Shown one piece after another: positions 25,805 to 40,309 of a DNA stretch of 64,000 nucleotides. The translations under genes and the position numbers were made by a program. Every line of letters starts with the position of its first letter. The stretch's first letter is position 1. Source of the DNA: Botryllus schlosseri. Taxonomy: Eukaryota. Where the stretch lies: positions 1,490,001 to 1,554,000 of the forward strand of contig CM119373.1 in the NCBI GenBank assembly GCA_051294905.1, read 5' to 3'. The notes below the pieces were generated by a model. It saw nothing but the letters and a program-made list of their open reading frames with translations. It had not been told where the DNA came from and did not search any database.

Positions 25805-27518
25805 TAGAGCCCGACCGATATTGGATTTCTGAGCCGATACCGATAAGACCGATATCCAGTACCTCCACCGATAACCCCGATATATTCAGCCGATATTCAA
25901 AAGATATGGAATCTAGCTCGAGGCCCATATTTAACACATCAGAGCATTTATTTCAACAACTTTACAGCCATTGATATGCTTGAACATAAAATATATGATC
26001 TAGGGGCTATAAAAATATATCAAAAGCACCAATCCAGCAGTTGCAGATTACAGTTCACGAAGCACTATTTCTCGCCCCTTTCTCCATGGAGTGAACTTCT
26101 GTGGTCTTCCATAAATGATGTATATAGTTCTAAACACAGTGAGCAATCTTTCACTTGGTACCATAATTAGTGGCACAGCAAGAATTGGAAATCTTTCACC
26201 ATTTCGGTTCCACCGCTCCCTTGCAGGGGATCTTTCCTTTCAATGGTTTCACCAAATATTGATATTCTTTTGGCAGTGCACCTGGAGCCTTCAGCACATC
26301 ATTAACAAATAGCTGAATAGAATGTGCAAACAACTCAAATTGTCCACGTCTGCAACTGCAACTACTCCACCCATCCCCCTTGGGCATTGAGGTGACCATG
26401 ACCAGCATTTCAATAATCAATTGATCAATATTTTACGCTTTTTGGCAGTATTGGCCAATGTCATCATGGAATCAAAAATTTTCGTATCAATTATTGACTT
26501 TACTCCGCGTTTGCTTGATTTTTCTTCCCCTCTATGCTCGCATATTTCCTATCATGGTGGCCCGCATGCCTCAGTCAAACGACTTCATGGTGCATCACTG
26601 GTATAATTAGCTCTGTTGGTACCGAACCAATAGCACTATCTTCAGAGATAGGTTTCGACGCGACGCTTTTCTCTATCATCACGAGGGTCAGTCCGGCACG
26701 ATTGAAGTTCTCATTTCTCATACTGATTGAAAACTTCTGCAGACAACTATCCATCCAGCTGCTCTCTGCCTTTGGTGCAGAGATGAGCGGATTTGAAATT
26801 TCTATGTCCTAATCCAATCCAAATCCGAACCTTCAAATCCATATCCAAAACCTAATCCATACCTTTTTCATATTCAAGTCCATGTCCAAACCTAATCCGA
26901 TTCCAACTGGAAATTCAGAAAAAAACTAATTTATGCAATGGAGGGATTCGAAATTTTTCTTTCACAGCCAACGATTTACTTGATTCAAGATAACCTAGTA
27001 ACTATAACTACATTAATAACTGATCTGAATAAAGTTTGTCGCAATTCGCCACACGACATTTCAATCTCCCAGAAAATAGGTATATCCAATCCAGATCCTA
27101 ATCCGTTCTGAAAAAAATGTCTAATCCAAATCCAATCCAAATCCGACAAAATTTCACAAATCCTGTTTTTTCAAAACCTAATCCTAATCCATGCTCATCT
27201 CTGCTTTGGTGATCGATCACTGCCGGGGAATTCCCACGAAGTCAGTGGGGCATAACGGTGGTTAGTTATCTATGATATTTTTCAGATTGGCACGCCTACT
27301 GCCCTGTATGTAGTATGCACTATATGCAGGTTGGCCATCTATTTTTATAATTTACCGTCCTGACGTCTTCTATCGACTTCTCTGACTCCCTGCCACCATG
27401 TTGTGACGTCACGAAAATGGCCGATATTTTTTTACCTTCAATGGCCGATACCGATATTTCTCTCCAAGCGTGATATCGACTCGATATTATCGGCGAGCCG
27501 ATAATCGGTCGGGCTCTA
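25805..27518. mobile_element. Young 1280-bp non-autonomous hAT element plus nested MITE
   Basis: TIR TAGAGCCCGACCGAT; perfect TSD CTCTTCAG; near-identical to 47931-49210. Confidence 0.95.
26778..27203. mobile_element. hAT MITE with AATCC subterminal repeats
   Basis: TIR CAGAGATGAGC; TSD CTTTGGTG; empty site present in the sister copy near 48900. Confidence 0.95.
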
Positions 27519-28555
27519 CTCTTCAGGACCCGCAAGATTTATGACCGCGATATAATTCTGAGTTAAGTTCTCTTTTCGTGTACCACGACTACCACCATTT
27601 TCAGCCCTTTTTGTGTGAATAAACCCTCGTTTCGCTTATAGCGCAATCGAATAAAATATTCAGTTTACGCACAGAACGTGTAGTATAGCATGCCTGTTAG
27701 AAGTGGGTGTCTACTTCACCAGTTGTAAAGCAAAGGGTATCAAAGTCCACTGCATTTATTGATTCGATATACGTGCAATTCCATTGTGATTCAGCGAACC
27801 TAACTAAAATATGAGGACACTGCAAAGTGGTCGATTGTCGCTTGATTACATAAGACTCGTTGTACACATCGATGTACGCAACTCGAATTCTCCTCTGCGA
27901 TTGGCAATACGGCGCAGTCAATTGTATTGGTTTCGTTTTATTGCTTTGTGCCGAGCTTGATTTAGTAGATATTAGAGCGCGGCAGGTAGTAGAAAGGGGG
28001 ATTTTGTGTCGACTCAATTCAATGTCTTTTCTATGTACTTTAATAATGTAAGTATTTAAGTATTACGCAGATACTACAGCGTTCATCAGCGCGTGGGATG
28101 TAGATCCGCTGGTTAAAATACCACCCTGTCACACTCCTTCCCGCTTCACCTAGTTAGGCATACCTGATCATAATAGCATGCCGTCACATATGCAATGGTA
28201 TCCACTACCCATTACCTTGTATTATATAAAGATCATAAAACAGATAATAACATGAAATGAGTTGGAGAAGCGAAAACAAATTAGAATTGGCATTATTGAA
28301 AAAGCCAAGACAACTAACAATACAATAAAACGAGGATTAATTAAGAAACACAACTGAGTGGATAATATGTCTCTGCAATGAGTAATAAAGTTGCTTTCAA
28401 GTGTAGGCAGATACAAAATATTACAGTTATTATGACAGAAATGCAACTTACAATGAAAAAAGATGCATATTAGGATACAGCACATGAAAAGTTGACTATA
28501 TAGTCAATAGACCGAACCAAGAGCACCCAAATATCAACATATTACGGAAGTAGAT

Positions 28556-29846
28556 TAGGGTTGGATTATCCGGATAACGGTTAACCGGTTAACCGGTTAA
28601 CCGCAGGTATTGTCACTATCTGATATCCGGATATTTTTCTGCCGGTTAACCGGATAAAAAAGAATCGTTGCTAATGCATTTTACACGTTTTAGTAAGCTT
28701 CAATAAGTCGTATTCAGTGTTGGCGCGGCCGATTAACGATAAGCGTGTTGCCAATTAGCGAGATGCGTCTGTACACATTGCACAATGTAATGTGACGCGA
28801 TCTCCTGCTGAGAAGATCGTTAAATTATGTCATTGATTGCCGCGCGCTCGGCTATCGTCTCTGGCCTGATTTATCGCGTCTTCAACAAGCCGATAGTTCC
28901 ACTGGATTGAAGAATCGCATTTGCAATGGGCCATGTGCAGTGTACACACTATTCCATCGCTGGCCTGCACAATCGCATCTTCATTGGCTTGGTGCTCATG
29001 ATATTATCGTTGACCTACACAATCGCATCTGCAATAGGCCTACGAACGATATAATCGCTGGCCTAACCATCTCGGACCCAGCATGCATTGACTCCTATCT
29101 CTCGATGGCTTGTTGACGATACGCCGTTAAGTGTATTCTAATTAGTGATTCTGAAAGTGACACCGCGAAACTGAATGACATCGAATGTTCGCAAAAATGT
29201 GCGTGCGTGCAAGCGTAATTGATTTCCGCTGATGATTAATTCGAAAAAAAAAATCGAAACCCCCTGATTTTATTTCAATCCCCCTACATTTTCGGCTGGC
29301 TGCGTGCCTGATCACGTGAATTAGAGCGAGGTATCATGTCGGCATCAATTCCAGTATCAGCTAGTCGTCCTTCTAGTACTCCATACCTAAACATAAGGAT
29401 GGTCAAAAGGATGTAAAGGCGTTGAAGTTTCCGGCGTACGACCTGCCAACCTTTTGACTCTCTACGAAGCGCTGCTTTCTATTCAGCCCACTTCTGTGGA
29501 AGCTGAAAAAGCATTCAATGAACGTGGACTCTTTGTTACAAAATTCCGGTCCCCGCTACAGGATCCCACAATTGATGCATCTGTGCTTTAAAAAGTGGGC
29601 ATTGCAGAAGCAGTGAACATTAAATTTGCGTGGTTTTTCTCGTATTCGCTCATACTGCGCGCGTAGGTAGGTACTCTACAATAACACTGTGTAATGATTT
29701 TGCGATCCGTTTTACATGCAGACCTAATGAAATCGATTGTCTCACTTAGCAGTTATTATCCGGTTAACCGGTTAGATAAATTTCAAAATATCCGGATATA
29801 TCCGTTATCCGGATAGTGAAAATTATTGATATCCGAACTAACCCTA
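28556..29846 (+). mobile_element. Non-autonomous hAT element
   Basis: TAGGGTT ends; TSD AAGTAGAT; GGTTAACC/ATCCGGAT palindromic subterminal repeats; remnant YEALLSIQPTSVEAEKAF...GLFVTKFRS (dimerisation domain) at ~29463-29580. Confidence 0.92.
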
Positions 29847-31725
29847 AAGTAGATACTGAGGTCAGCGGATTGCATGGATTCAGTGACAGAAAGGTTTATG
29901 TAACAGTTATGGCACAGTGTGCAGGGATTAGGTTGGAGAGATATATACTCAAGTCTAGAAAGTGGAATGATACTCTGCCTGGAAAGCTGAAGACCTAACA
30001 ATATTGTGTACAGAGAACAAAACATTTGAGTGCCTGCACTGGTATAGGCATTAACAAATTATTAGAATTGACAGCAAGAGAACCAGCAAGACATTAAAAT
30101 GAGAATTAGTGCAGTTTCTTAGGCTGTAGTGATACTCAGCCAGGAAAGTAATTGACCTAGCAGAGAGCAAAACGTTGTAAATAAAGCGAGCGAAACCTCC
30201 GACAAATGATACGATAAAACATTCGAATCGACAGTCTTACTAGAAGCAGAATAACTATCATGAGGGGTTAGAGAACAGAAGCCTGGGAAGTGACTATCAG
30301 AAATTACTGCATATTGGCCGAACAAATCCATGACCACAAACAAATGGACTTTTAATAGTCAATATTGATACCAAATGACACCACCCCTATTTCACCGCAA
30401 CATTTAGCAAATACAGCGCTGGGGTCAACCTTATATAAGCGCTAACCAAACGCCCCGTTAGTTTTCCCATCTACTACTTCGCGGATGGAAATACGCATTA
30501 AAGCGAACGGACGCGACTTGTCACACTCTTGCTTTTTCTGTCCTTTCTTTCTCTTAGTTCCTCTTCTCTGTCGCTTCCGCTTGAGGAGAGAAACAGTCGG
30601 ACACGTTTACGGATCGTGGATTCCCGGCTTAAGGGTGATTCTTCCTCCAATGGTCAACACCTTGAAAATTGAGAACAATGTTGTTGCAAAATGCATGACA
30701 ATTTGAAAGTTACGTCATTCTAATTATTCCAGTTATGGCCGTGAATCGTTACAAGTGCGGTAACCATAAGAATTATTACTATACTTCAACTACAAATACA
30801 ATATATTGTATAAAATAATTAACAATTCTTTTACGTTGATCGAGTCCCAAATAGATGAAATACGTCAAAGAATTTACTATTATTTTTTGTATAATTTGAC
30901 AGATTCCGAAATCCTCTCCAAAGTGCACCTTTCAAAAATTTGATATCAAGACTCCTAACATTTTACAATTCGAAGTTGGATGGCTTTACCAATACAAGCG
31001 AACAGTTTGTATCGCAATTGACAATTATGTAGAGAACGCTGCGAGACATGTGAGTAGGCCTACCCTAAAACGTTTCTCTGACATGGACATTAGGGCTCTT
31101 AAAAATGACTTTTTTTCTCAAATCGTTCTGGCTACTTGATAAAATTGTTAGGTTACCTAATTCAAGCCTACACACCAAATTTAGCTCAATTCCAACCAGT
31201 AGCCGCATTGCTACAGGAGAACAAAGTTTCTATTTATTAAATAAAAAAGAATAGAAAAAATTTGAAAATTTTCTGTTCACCCCATGAAAGTGTTAGGTTA
31301 TGTATAGAAACGATGTTCATCAAATTTGGTTCGATTCAAACAAGTGGAAGCGGAGTTATTGCCATCGAAAAATTTTGATAAAATAGTATTTACGGTGGGC
31401 ACCACTATAATAAATAATTAAAGAATTGTGTCACGCTGTCATACTTTTTTCCGCAACCGTTGTTACACACTGCATTGTTGCTGTGTTCTGGCTCCATTGA
31501 TGTTATTTCTAAATTCGACATTAATGCGTCCTAATTCTCCATTTGGTTTTGAATTCAACTCTGTTTTGCTTCTTTATCGTGCCGGTAACTCTTGATAATT
31601 GGCACGCAAAAAGTTCTTCGGGTTTCAATAACGTTTATCATGAAGGTACTTTTTAAAGCAGTATTAAAATTTTGTACCACCAACCATTACTATTTATCTT
31701 CAAAGTAGAAGCTCATAGCATGAAG

Positions 31726-32510
31726 CAGGGTTGTAAGACTCGAGTCGCGATTTTCTGTTGACTCGACTTGACTCAGGTCATCTTCTTACAGTATGGAAAT
31801 GACTCGACTCATTGCGCATGACTTGAGACTCAGACGGCCAAGACCAACATTTCATGGTTATTTTAAAGAATAGTACAGTAAATCGCTATTGGGATTTCGT
31901 CTATTGATACTGGTATTGGAAAATGCGACCAGAAACTGCTAAAAGTAAGGAAAATTAATATTATAAATGCGACCCACTCGATATCACAAAAAAAAATATA
32001 AAAAGTTGGTTTAACAAGACTTAAATTGGAAACTGAGCAGCTAACACAATGACTTAGAATCTGACTCGAGTCATAATACCATAACTCGGAGTGGCGAGAC
32101 AGCGCAGTGGTATAATCCGCGGCTGCAACACCAATGGGTGCGGGTTCGAGTCCGACCGAGGTCGACTTCCGAATTCCGATTTTTAAGTGTTGGAGGTTTA
32201 CCTAGGCTCCTCCTCGCCACATCATCCGCGTCAGCGGTGTCTTACAAAAGCCTAGAGGTGGGCCGTGCTATAAGTCGGCAGTTACGGAAAATAAGAAGAA
32301 TAACGGCCTGGTGTAAATGACCATAGTAGTCGACAAACACCATGAATACCCCAAAAAACAAACAAACAAAACCATAACTCGGACTCGGCCCTCTGCTCGC
32401 TGACATGGACTTGGACTTGACTCGGTGGTGAATTGAAAATGACTCGAGTCAAAACAATAAAAGTGACATTGACTTGCGATTCGGAGCCTTGTGACTTGGT
32501 TACAACCCTG
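31726..32510. mobile_element. hAT MITE (GACTCGAGTC family) carrying a SINE
   Basis: TIR CAGGGTTGTAA; TSD GCATGAAG; same ends as 57344-59902. Confidence 0.93.
32093..32370 (+). mobile_element. Full-length tRNA-derived SINE (tRNA-Cys-like head)
   Basis: A box AGCGCAGTGG, B box GGTTCGAGTCC, CT-GCA-AC loop, (CAAA)n tail, TSD ACCATAACTCGGA. Confidence 0.93.
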
Positions 32511-33230
32511 GCATGAAGCCTCAATAGTTACATGAGTGGGGTGACTAGACAAAGAACACAGTCACATTTGCAGCATATCATGAATATCTCTTACAAAATG
32601 TGATCTTGTTCAAATGGAGGTTGATAAAAGCGTATTTCTCATTCTTTCCGACTCTGCTATAATCACACCAGACTGGCAACCTTCTTCATGATGCTTCTTG
32701 CTGACTGACCAACATTGTCGCCACCAACGGTACTGAGTGCAAATGTCTGATATGTCAATATAGGAACAGAATTAGTTGACTGTTCATGACCGTCCACGTT
32801 CAGAGTTGCATCTCAAAGATGCTAAAATAAGCCTAAATATAATCCAAGCAATACGATCGTCCACTTTGACTGACTGAATTTCTAAAAATAATAAACATAA
32901 CACCATGATAGCTTCCACATCTTACGTTTATATATACCGTCTGCTATCGGCACAACAAAGTATTTAAAAATAACAAAACAGATTCTACATACCACATATC
33001 TTGCAAAGGCTTTTGCTTTCATTCAATTTGTCATCAAACTTCTTTAAATCCTCCTTTGTGGTGAGTGGCTTTGGAATTCTTCTAGGATTAATTCCGATAT
33101 CGTTTTATCATATACAATCTATGGCGGAATAAAAGTTTCGGATAAGTTCTAAAACGAACACAATTTTCCACACAAAAGTCAATTGCCACACGAAATGTCA
33201 AATGCTACGGTCCCATTTTACAAGGTATAT

Positions 33231-34352
33231 GGCGAGATAACGTATAGTGGTACGTTCCACTATAGCTAAACACCAATGAATTGCGGGTTCGAGCCTGACA
33301 CGTCGACTCCATAATTCCTACCGAAGTGTTGGCAGTTTATCTAGGCTCCTCCTCGCCATCTGATCCGCATAGCCATAGCCATGTCTTAAAAAGCCTAGGA
33401 GCGGGCCGTGCTATAAGTGGGCAGATGGTTGCCGATCAACTCGGAACTTGGTGAATTCGGCCCTCGGGAAATTTTGTAATGAAGTGTATTAACAGCTATT
33501 AATATGAATTATTAAACTAATAATAGTATTATCAAGTGATTCGTCAATCTTGTAAGTAGGTCAGGGCATCCGTAGATCACGCAGTCTCGGCATGATTAGA
33601 TTACGGATTGCGTAGCCGCGGGGAATGACGCAGCGCTCATATACCGACCACGCGCGGTCTGCTTGGAATCGATGGCGTGAGTGACGGGCCTGTGTCGTGT
33701 AAGTTTTGAGAAGATGGATCTTGTCGTTGTATATGAGATCGGAGCTGTGGAAGCTCAAGCGGCGCTTCTTCGTTTATCGATCACGACAAGCCAGTGTTCC
33801 TTATCAACAAATGTTTCGCATGATCACGTCAAAATAAATTATTTTTTGCCTTTGGAGAGACGATTCCACTCTGGGGTTAGGGTGTCTAGATAACAGGGTT
33901 GAAGGATCCCAAGATTACGAGATCTACCGCGAGCCACGACACGTTTAAATTTCCTTTTTGATACTATTCATTCATATTAAATGCATTTCTAATGCGAAGG
34001 TGTTCTAGTGTCAATTCCTCCTAGGGCCGAGTTCACCAAGTGAAGAGCGTCGCGTTATTTCACACGGTTACGCAATCTGTGATCTAATCACGCCGTGAGC
34101 CCCGTACAACATTGACAACCACTCAAAGTGCCAAGTTCGCCAGCAAACAGTCCAGTAACCAATCATGGTGACCGGTACCGTTACGAGATCTACCACGGCC
34201 GAATTCACCAAGTGCCGAGTTTGTGCGGCCGAATTCACCAAGTGCCGAGTTCACTGGTAATCGGGCACATACGGAATAATAATAAGAACCGGCCTGGTGT
34301 AAAATGACCAGTGTAGTCGAACCACCACCATGAACACCACAAACAAACAAAC
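33231..34352 (+). mobile_element. SINE copy split by a TIR element
   Basis: Head and body at 33231-33426; 3' part and CAAA tail at 34263-34352. Confidence 0.85.
33427..34262. mobile_element. Non-autonomous TIR element with GG termini (MULE- or Merlin-like, superfamily uncertain)
   Basis: Inverted ends containing ACTCGG.ACTTGGTGAATTCGGCC; ~8-bp TSD GGGCAGAT/GGGCACAT. Confidence 0.75.
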
Positions 34353-34846
34353 CTCTAACATGGAAAAGAAATTACCTTTACAGCCTTTGACAAACACAGT
34401 TAACATTGAAACCAGCAATTTAGGTCTTATTCGAAAGCAGAATAACAACTGTTTTACCTGACATATCAAATCAAATGTTGGAAAGTTCATGTAAAATAGC
34501 TCAAAATATTATCTGACTGTGACCATATTCTATCAATATGGTCTGGCTAGCCAAATGCTCTGGGCCAACATAAACAAGCCGTGTTTGGTTTCAACGATTA
34601 ATAATCTTGTCACTGGATTCGAGGTATAATTGCACTCAAATATCAAATTTTGCTCCATTAATCAACATCAAATTGAAAATGTCCATTCTTGGACCAACTT
34701 TTATAAAATCAGGATGCCAGTACGAAGGCAGGTAACCTACGAATCAGTGTTCTATACAGGTATGTATCTATATGACTTATATACCTAGAAAATTCAAGCA
34801 TAAATATTATGATACCGTATAGGTACCGGTAATTCAGATGTTTGAA

Positions 34847-37385
34847 GCGACTTGGACAATTAGATAATTTTAGTGGTCTAATTTCACTAAATTAGAGCGA
34901 AATTCCAGTAATATAATTGTAATCTAATTAGGAAAAAACGGTTTAGCTCTATAATTCTAACCTGGAAAAGTTGAGACTTTTCTATAGTTGTCTACGCCTG
35001 GTTTGAAGAAAGTCAACAGCTCAAGGCGTCATATACTACAGTCAATTCGAAATACCCAATAAGCTATATGCTACTGCATATATACCTTTTACCCGCTACC
35101 TCATTCAGTCACAATTCCTATATATTTACGGCATTTACCATACAGAAAGAGCGAACTATGCCTGGCTGCTACCTGTTGCGAGTCAAATCTTTGTCCCGCG
35201 CGATGACGTAAAATTTGAATCGCCGAAATATTCCACAAGTCACGCACCGATAATCATATTCCTAAACGTACAACACCTCACTTATTTAGTTATTCTCTGA
35301 ATAAAACTATTATCCATACTCGTTGAACATACGAGATTACCGAAAGAGCGAATATATATATAATGAAGATCATATATATCAGAAGAAAACGAAACTGTTC
35401 GACCTTAGAGCAACAACAGGAATGTACAACACCGTTGACATCCTCACGCAATAAAACGAAGGGAGAACATTGTTTTCTAATGGATATAACGAAGCTACTG
35501 CATGAGATCCAACAAAACCGGATAGTAATTTATTGTTATTGAATGTAACACAAACAATATCCTTTCTACGTATTTTAGACATACCCGCAAGCGATAGAAA
35601 ATTCGCATTATTAGGTTAACAACGAGATATAACGAAGTCTAACGCATGTCATGAAACAACACCGAGTTGGAATTTATTCTGATTGAATATAACCACAAGA
35701 CCACCCTACTACGTATTTTAGACATTCTCCCGACACTTAGAAAATCAGAACCTAATCGAGATGATCCCGGATTATCCTTTTACGGTTTTGTGTTTGTTGG
35801 GGTGGTAGAGATTTGCTCACATTACATTTAGTGCTGCTATTAGCTTCAACATGAATGCGGGTAACAACACTCAGCAGTATCATCCTTTATGATACGATTA
35901 CGAAATATTCTGACGACATAATTTTGTAGCTCCCAAATACAAGTATATTTAGTTAGGCTACTCGTTTTTGCCAAAAAGCTGCAAAACACCTTTAATGTAC
36001 GAAGGACATCACTCTCGAAAGTTGTTCAGTAGCCTTCAGCGCCTTTACGATTTAGGCACGCAGTGCGCTTCAGGATAAAATACCTAGTTAAAAATATTTT
36101 ATGGAAAACAACCCGAGCTATCAGTATAAGTATCAGTTTATTACTATTTTCATCATTTCAAAACACGACAAAACTGTGATACAATGAAAGGATAGGAAGA
36201 TGTCAAAACTACTTGGAGTAGCTAGCGTGAAATGAGTGTTATAACGGGGAATTAGCAATCCAAAAGTACGCCAAATTCATTTTACATGATTTAATATAAA
36301 CCACTGCATTCATGGAATCATGGATCGGTTGATATTTCGCGATGAGCGCAACGAAAAACGTTGTGATTAAACAGATTTTGTCGAATGTTAGTTTGCAATG
36401 AGAAGTCAGGAATAATCATATGTCCTTACTACACCATCTGCTGCGAGATCATTTTCTTCAGCCCCCCAACCGTCGCCAGAGCCCAATGCCCCCTATGTCG
36501 TCCCCTGAGTGCTTCCGCCCATTCAAAATCCAAGTCGCACCCTGGGAGGCGCTGGAGACAAGGTTAAGAACCACTGATCTAAATCATCACGAACTATATT
36601 GGTAAAATCACGCCTCCTCCAGCTTCATAAACTGCTCATCTTCGACAGTAGCCTACAATGCTCCCGGGCACGTAGAAGAGTAGCGTACGGCCAGTGTTGC
36701 TGAATACAAATTCTGTAGGCAGAATTGGGCTCTGAGCTGTCGTAAGAATTCGTCAGAAGCAACCATATACAAATGCGCGTGGCCGTGTTCGTGTAGTTTT
36801 CGCGTTATCATGAAGCAACTAACGATCCAGATTAAATGTTTAAATTCTAACCTTATCCAAGTCTATATCATGGTCTCATGCTCAATCTTCTAGAATGATT
36901 GATACTTTTGTACTCAGCGCTTCTTTGGAAATTGTATCAATCATCACACCCATCTCTGATCTGAACATATAAAGTGTCATTATCATGTTTTCATCTGCTA
37001 TCACCCTAATCTAATTTGTGAATTGTTCTTATGCTCTAATTTTAATTCTAATCTAATTTATAAAATGTTTCTATGCTCCAATTTTAATTATAATCTAAGC
37101 GAAGCTTGATATACAGACGTTAACCAATCTCTTTGTTATGAGAGTCCACTGTGGTTTGATATGAACTGAACTTTTTTCTGTGTTTATTTCTCATTCAGAA
37201 TTTCATTCCATTTCCAAGTTTTTCCGAATTCAGTAGCCAAATTCTAATTGTAAGTATAATCTAATTTGGAAATAACTGTGTTAATCTAATTCTAATTGTA
37301 ATCTAATTTGAAAAAATTGTATAGCTCTAATTATAATTCTAATCTAATTCGGAAATGCTAAAAAATTTCTAGTTGTCCTAGTCTG
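34847..37385. mobile_element. Old TIR element with CTAATT subterminal repeats
   Basis: GACTTGGACAATTAG...CTAGTTGTCCTAGTCTG ends like the 5268-5540 MITE; pairing of the two ends unproven (no TSD). Confidence 0.5.
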
Positions 37386-37435
37386 CCGCGTTAGTGGCGT
37401 CTTATAAAAGCCTATGAGTGGGCCGTGCTGCAGGT

Positions 37436-37633
37436 ATTGTTTGTTTGTTTTGCGGTATTCATGGTGTTTGTCGACTACGATGGTCATTTACACCAGGCCG
37501 ACATTCTTTTTATTTTCCGTAACGGCCGACTTATAGCACGGCCCACCTCTAGGCTTTTGTAAGACACCGGTGACGCGGATGAGGTGGCGAGGAGGAGCCT
37601 AGGTAAACCTCCAACACTTGGGTATCGAAATTC
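37436..37633 (-). mobile_element. 5'-truncated SINE inserted antisense into another copy of the same SINE (37386-37716)
   Basis: 13-bp TSD CCGTGCTGCAGGT (37423-37435, 37634-37646); TTTG tail on the + strand. Confidence 0.9.
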
Positions 37634-38064
37634 CCGTGCTGCAGGTCAGCAGCTACGAAATGTAAATGACCATAGTAGTCGACAAACCCCACTAATACCT
37701 CAAATCAAACAAACAAGCGACTAAAAAGGAGCATAGAAATACGCCAACTCATATCGTCGTTAGTGCCACTGATTTAGCGCTCCATAACTGTACTCAACGG
37801 GCAAATCATCGCAATTTTGCCAATACCATTGTTCGCGAATAAATTCGTTGCTAGAATATAAACCCTATGATCCGTGATATGATTTAATGTATTATTATGT
37901 ACATATGATTGATAATAAAGTATTCAAGCGAAGATATACGGACATGTGGCAAAATTTTGAAACGAGTTGACTGATGGTTAGGCCCGTGAGAGATTTTAAG
38001 ATTTTAATCCTACCCGCGTAGCCATTTGAGTTTGACAACCGTGCTCTAAGCTTAATCGCCATGA

Positions 38065-38237
38065 CGAGATAGCAAAATGGTATGATCCACGGCTGCAACA
38101 CCAATTGGTTGCGGGTTCGAGTCTGACTGAGGTCGCTTCCATAATTCCCAGCCAAGTGTTAGAGGTTTATATAGGGCTAGGCTCCTCTTCATTCACCTGA
38201 TCGGCGCTCGCGATTTCTTAAAAAAGCCTAGAAGTGG
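38065..38237 (+). mobile_element. SINE 5' part
   Basis: cgagatagcaaaatggtatgatccacggctgcaacaccaa...ggttcgagtc. Confidence 0.85.
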
Positions 38238-38533
38238 TTTTTGGTATGAGTGCGCTCAATATTGCAGGCCCTGAGTATTTTCCTGCATAGTGATCAATGC
38301 ATATTTTTGAAATTAGATGCATCGTGGTTTTGCATTCAGAACAGTTTGCTTTACATGCAGTCGATATTCAAATCATTGATAAAAAAAGTATATATTGCAC
38401 GACATTAAAAGTTGGCGATTTCGTCGATTATAACATTTGAGATTCTATATAGTTGCTGAGTGACGTGAAGACCGAGTGTCTCATTTCGATTTCCCAGAAG
38501 TGTTTATGATTACTGGCTGAGCACCGTTTAAAC

Positions 38534-39810
38534 CAGTGGTTCCCAAACTTTTTCGGTGTGAGGGCCAAATTTAGAATTTCATAGTACGGTCGGGGCCGCA
38601 CGAATACTACGGCTATGAAACGGACCCAAACAGTCATCATGGCTATTTCGGAGTAGTTTTATTGCCCTGGCGATGTTTCAAAACTGTACACTGTTTACCG
38701 CTACATACTGCTGCATTGGGTCATTTGGGTGTCCGTTGAGTGAATCAGCTTTTCTCGCCTAAACGCGCGAAGCGCGAGAAATTTCCTTAGTTTCATGACT
38801 GAATCGATCAATATGATCGGGAATTGCATGTATTGCTATCAATTTTCATCCTGTCTCTGTTCACGTATATTCTGATTTACCTGTAGAGCTGAGTGAGGTG
38901 TGTTTGAAAAGATATGGGCCCCCTCAATAGTAATTAAACATCTCCGGGGGTATACCCGTTGGCAGGAACGTATCAGCACTTCATCAGGACCCCGGGCTCC
39001 CATAGGGCGATAAACTGACTCCGCATCACGTTGTTCGCTTTTGCCACGAAATTAAAGTTGTACTGTTTAGCGAGACAGCGCGACGCGCGAATATGTCGAT
39101 AATTCATGATAACATCGGTGAATAAGATCGGGAATTGCATGGTTGTCCTCTTTGCCCACGTAATCAGAGTTACCGGTAGAGCTGAGTGAGAGGTGTCTTT
39201 GAAACTGCAGACCCCAAAAAATTAAACATCTTCGGGCGGGACGACCCCTCTGTATGACTTCTTTACATGATGTTATTTCGTGACCTGGCTCCTGTCTGCT
39301 ATATCAAAAAATGTACAATTGCCTAAACCTACTAAACTGAAAGATCACACGATTTCAGATTGGTATTTCTTCACTGGCATATAATTTTCTTTCCTGTGGG
39401 ATGGTATTTGTCTTGTGAGGTTCAGATTGCCAAGACAAGAACATTCGGCGTCAGTCATTTAGGCGCCTATATGGACAGTTAAACCTATATGTATTTTGTA
39501 TATATAACGAAGTTTTGGTATTTCGAAGTTTTTGGTCAGCATACAAGCAGTCTTTTACGGCCAGGCCTTTCTCGCTGCCAATCGTTCTGACACACTTCTT
39601 GGAGTCTTATGTTACATGGCCTACAACTTTATATGTCTTGGTGCGTTGTGGTGCGGTCATGGCCAACGCTGATATGCCCATTTCTATAAATCTTGCGTAT
39701 TTTTTCTTGGGGAAGAGTACCCAATAATCAAGATATGTGGCGAATTGAAATCGCGCAATTTTTTTGACAAAGTTGCATAAATTTTCAAAAAATACTCTAT
39801 TTTTAGTTGA
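38534..39810. mobile_element. Truncated Charlie-like element
   Basis: CAGTGGTTCCCAAAC left end; interior is the reverse complement of ~15590-16300; no right TIR seen. Confidence 0.7.
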
Positions 39811-40141
39811 AATCGGCCCCATACATTTGTTACTCGGACGACCGAGTTTCCAAATAATGTCAGGGAACTAGCTCGTATGTGCTTTTACAAATTTCTGTTG
39901 TGTTTGAGTGTATTCGATCAAATGAAATCTAGAACATTCTACTCGACTCAAAGATCAATTCTCGATTTGGAATCGTATCTTAATTCCGAGCCCTCGATTT
40001 CGCCCAGCCACAATTGCAATATTATCTTCCTTGAAATGATGGTGAAGCAATCGTAGCACAGTACTGTGATACTGATAGTAATTTCGATTTCATTTTCGAA
40101 GCCTAATAAAAGTCATTTTATATTATATTTGATCATTTTAG

Positions 40142-40309
40142 TTGCAAACGCTCGGTATCGTCGACAATTCAATGAAAGAAGATGGATATGAAATACTCGT
40201 TCACATTCTGAAGCTGTCAGATTGCAAGGAATTGCTGCTCGCAGATTGTTGTCTCACCAAGACCAAGTTGCAAGGAGTATTGAACGGATGTCGGGATCAA
40301 AATATCCAG
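40142..40309 (+). CDS. Internal exon encoding two 28-aa RI-type leucine-rich repeats (NLR/RI-like LRR protein)
   Basis: ttttag| and CAG|gtgcgt boundaries, 168 nt, phase 0/0, open frame LQTLGIVDNSMKEDGYEILVHILKLSDCKELLLADCCLTKTKLQGVLNGCRDQNIQ; paralog at 61675. May be part of a pseudogene. Confidence 0.88.

Noticed and set aside
25746..26812. Duplicated small ORFs (also 47848-48947) as conserved genes
   Set aside because: Identity comes from recent transposon copying, not protein conservation.
28150..30350. Decayed minus-strand LINE (ISDSHFPGF resembling an AP-endonuclease SDH motif)
   Set aside because: One weak motif and no RT motifs that I could confirm; needs a frameshift-aware search.
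32093..32165. Genuine tRNA-Cys gene
   Set aside because: Poor acceptor and anticodon stems, no oligo-T terminator right after; it continues into a SINE body with tail and TSD.
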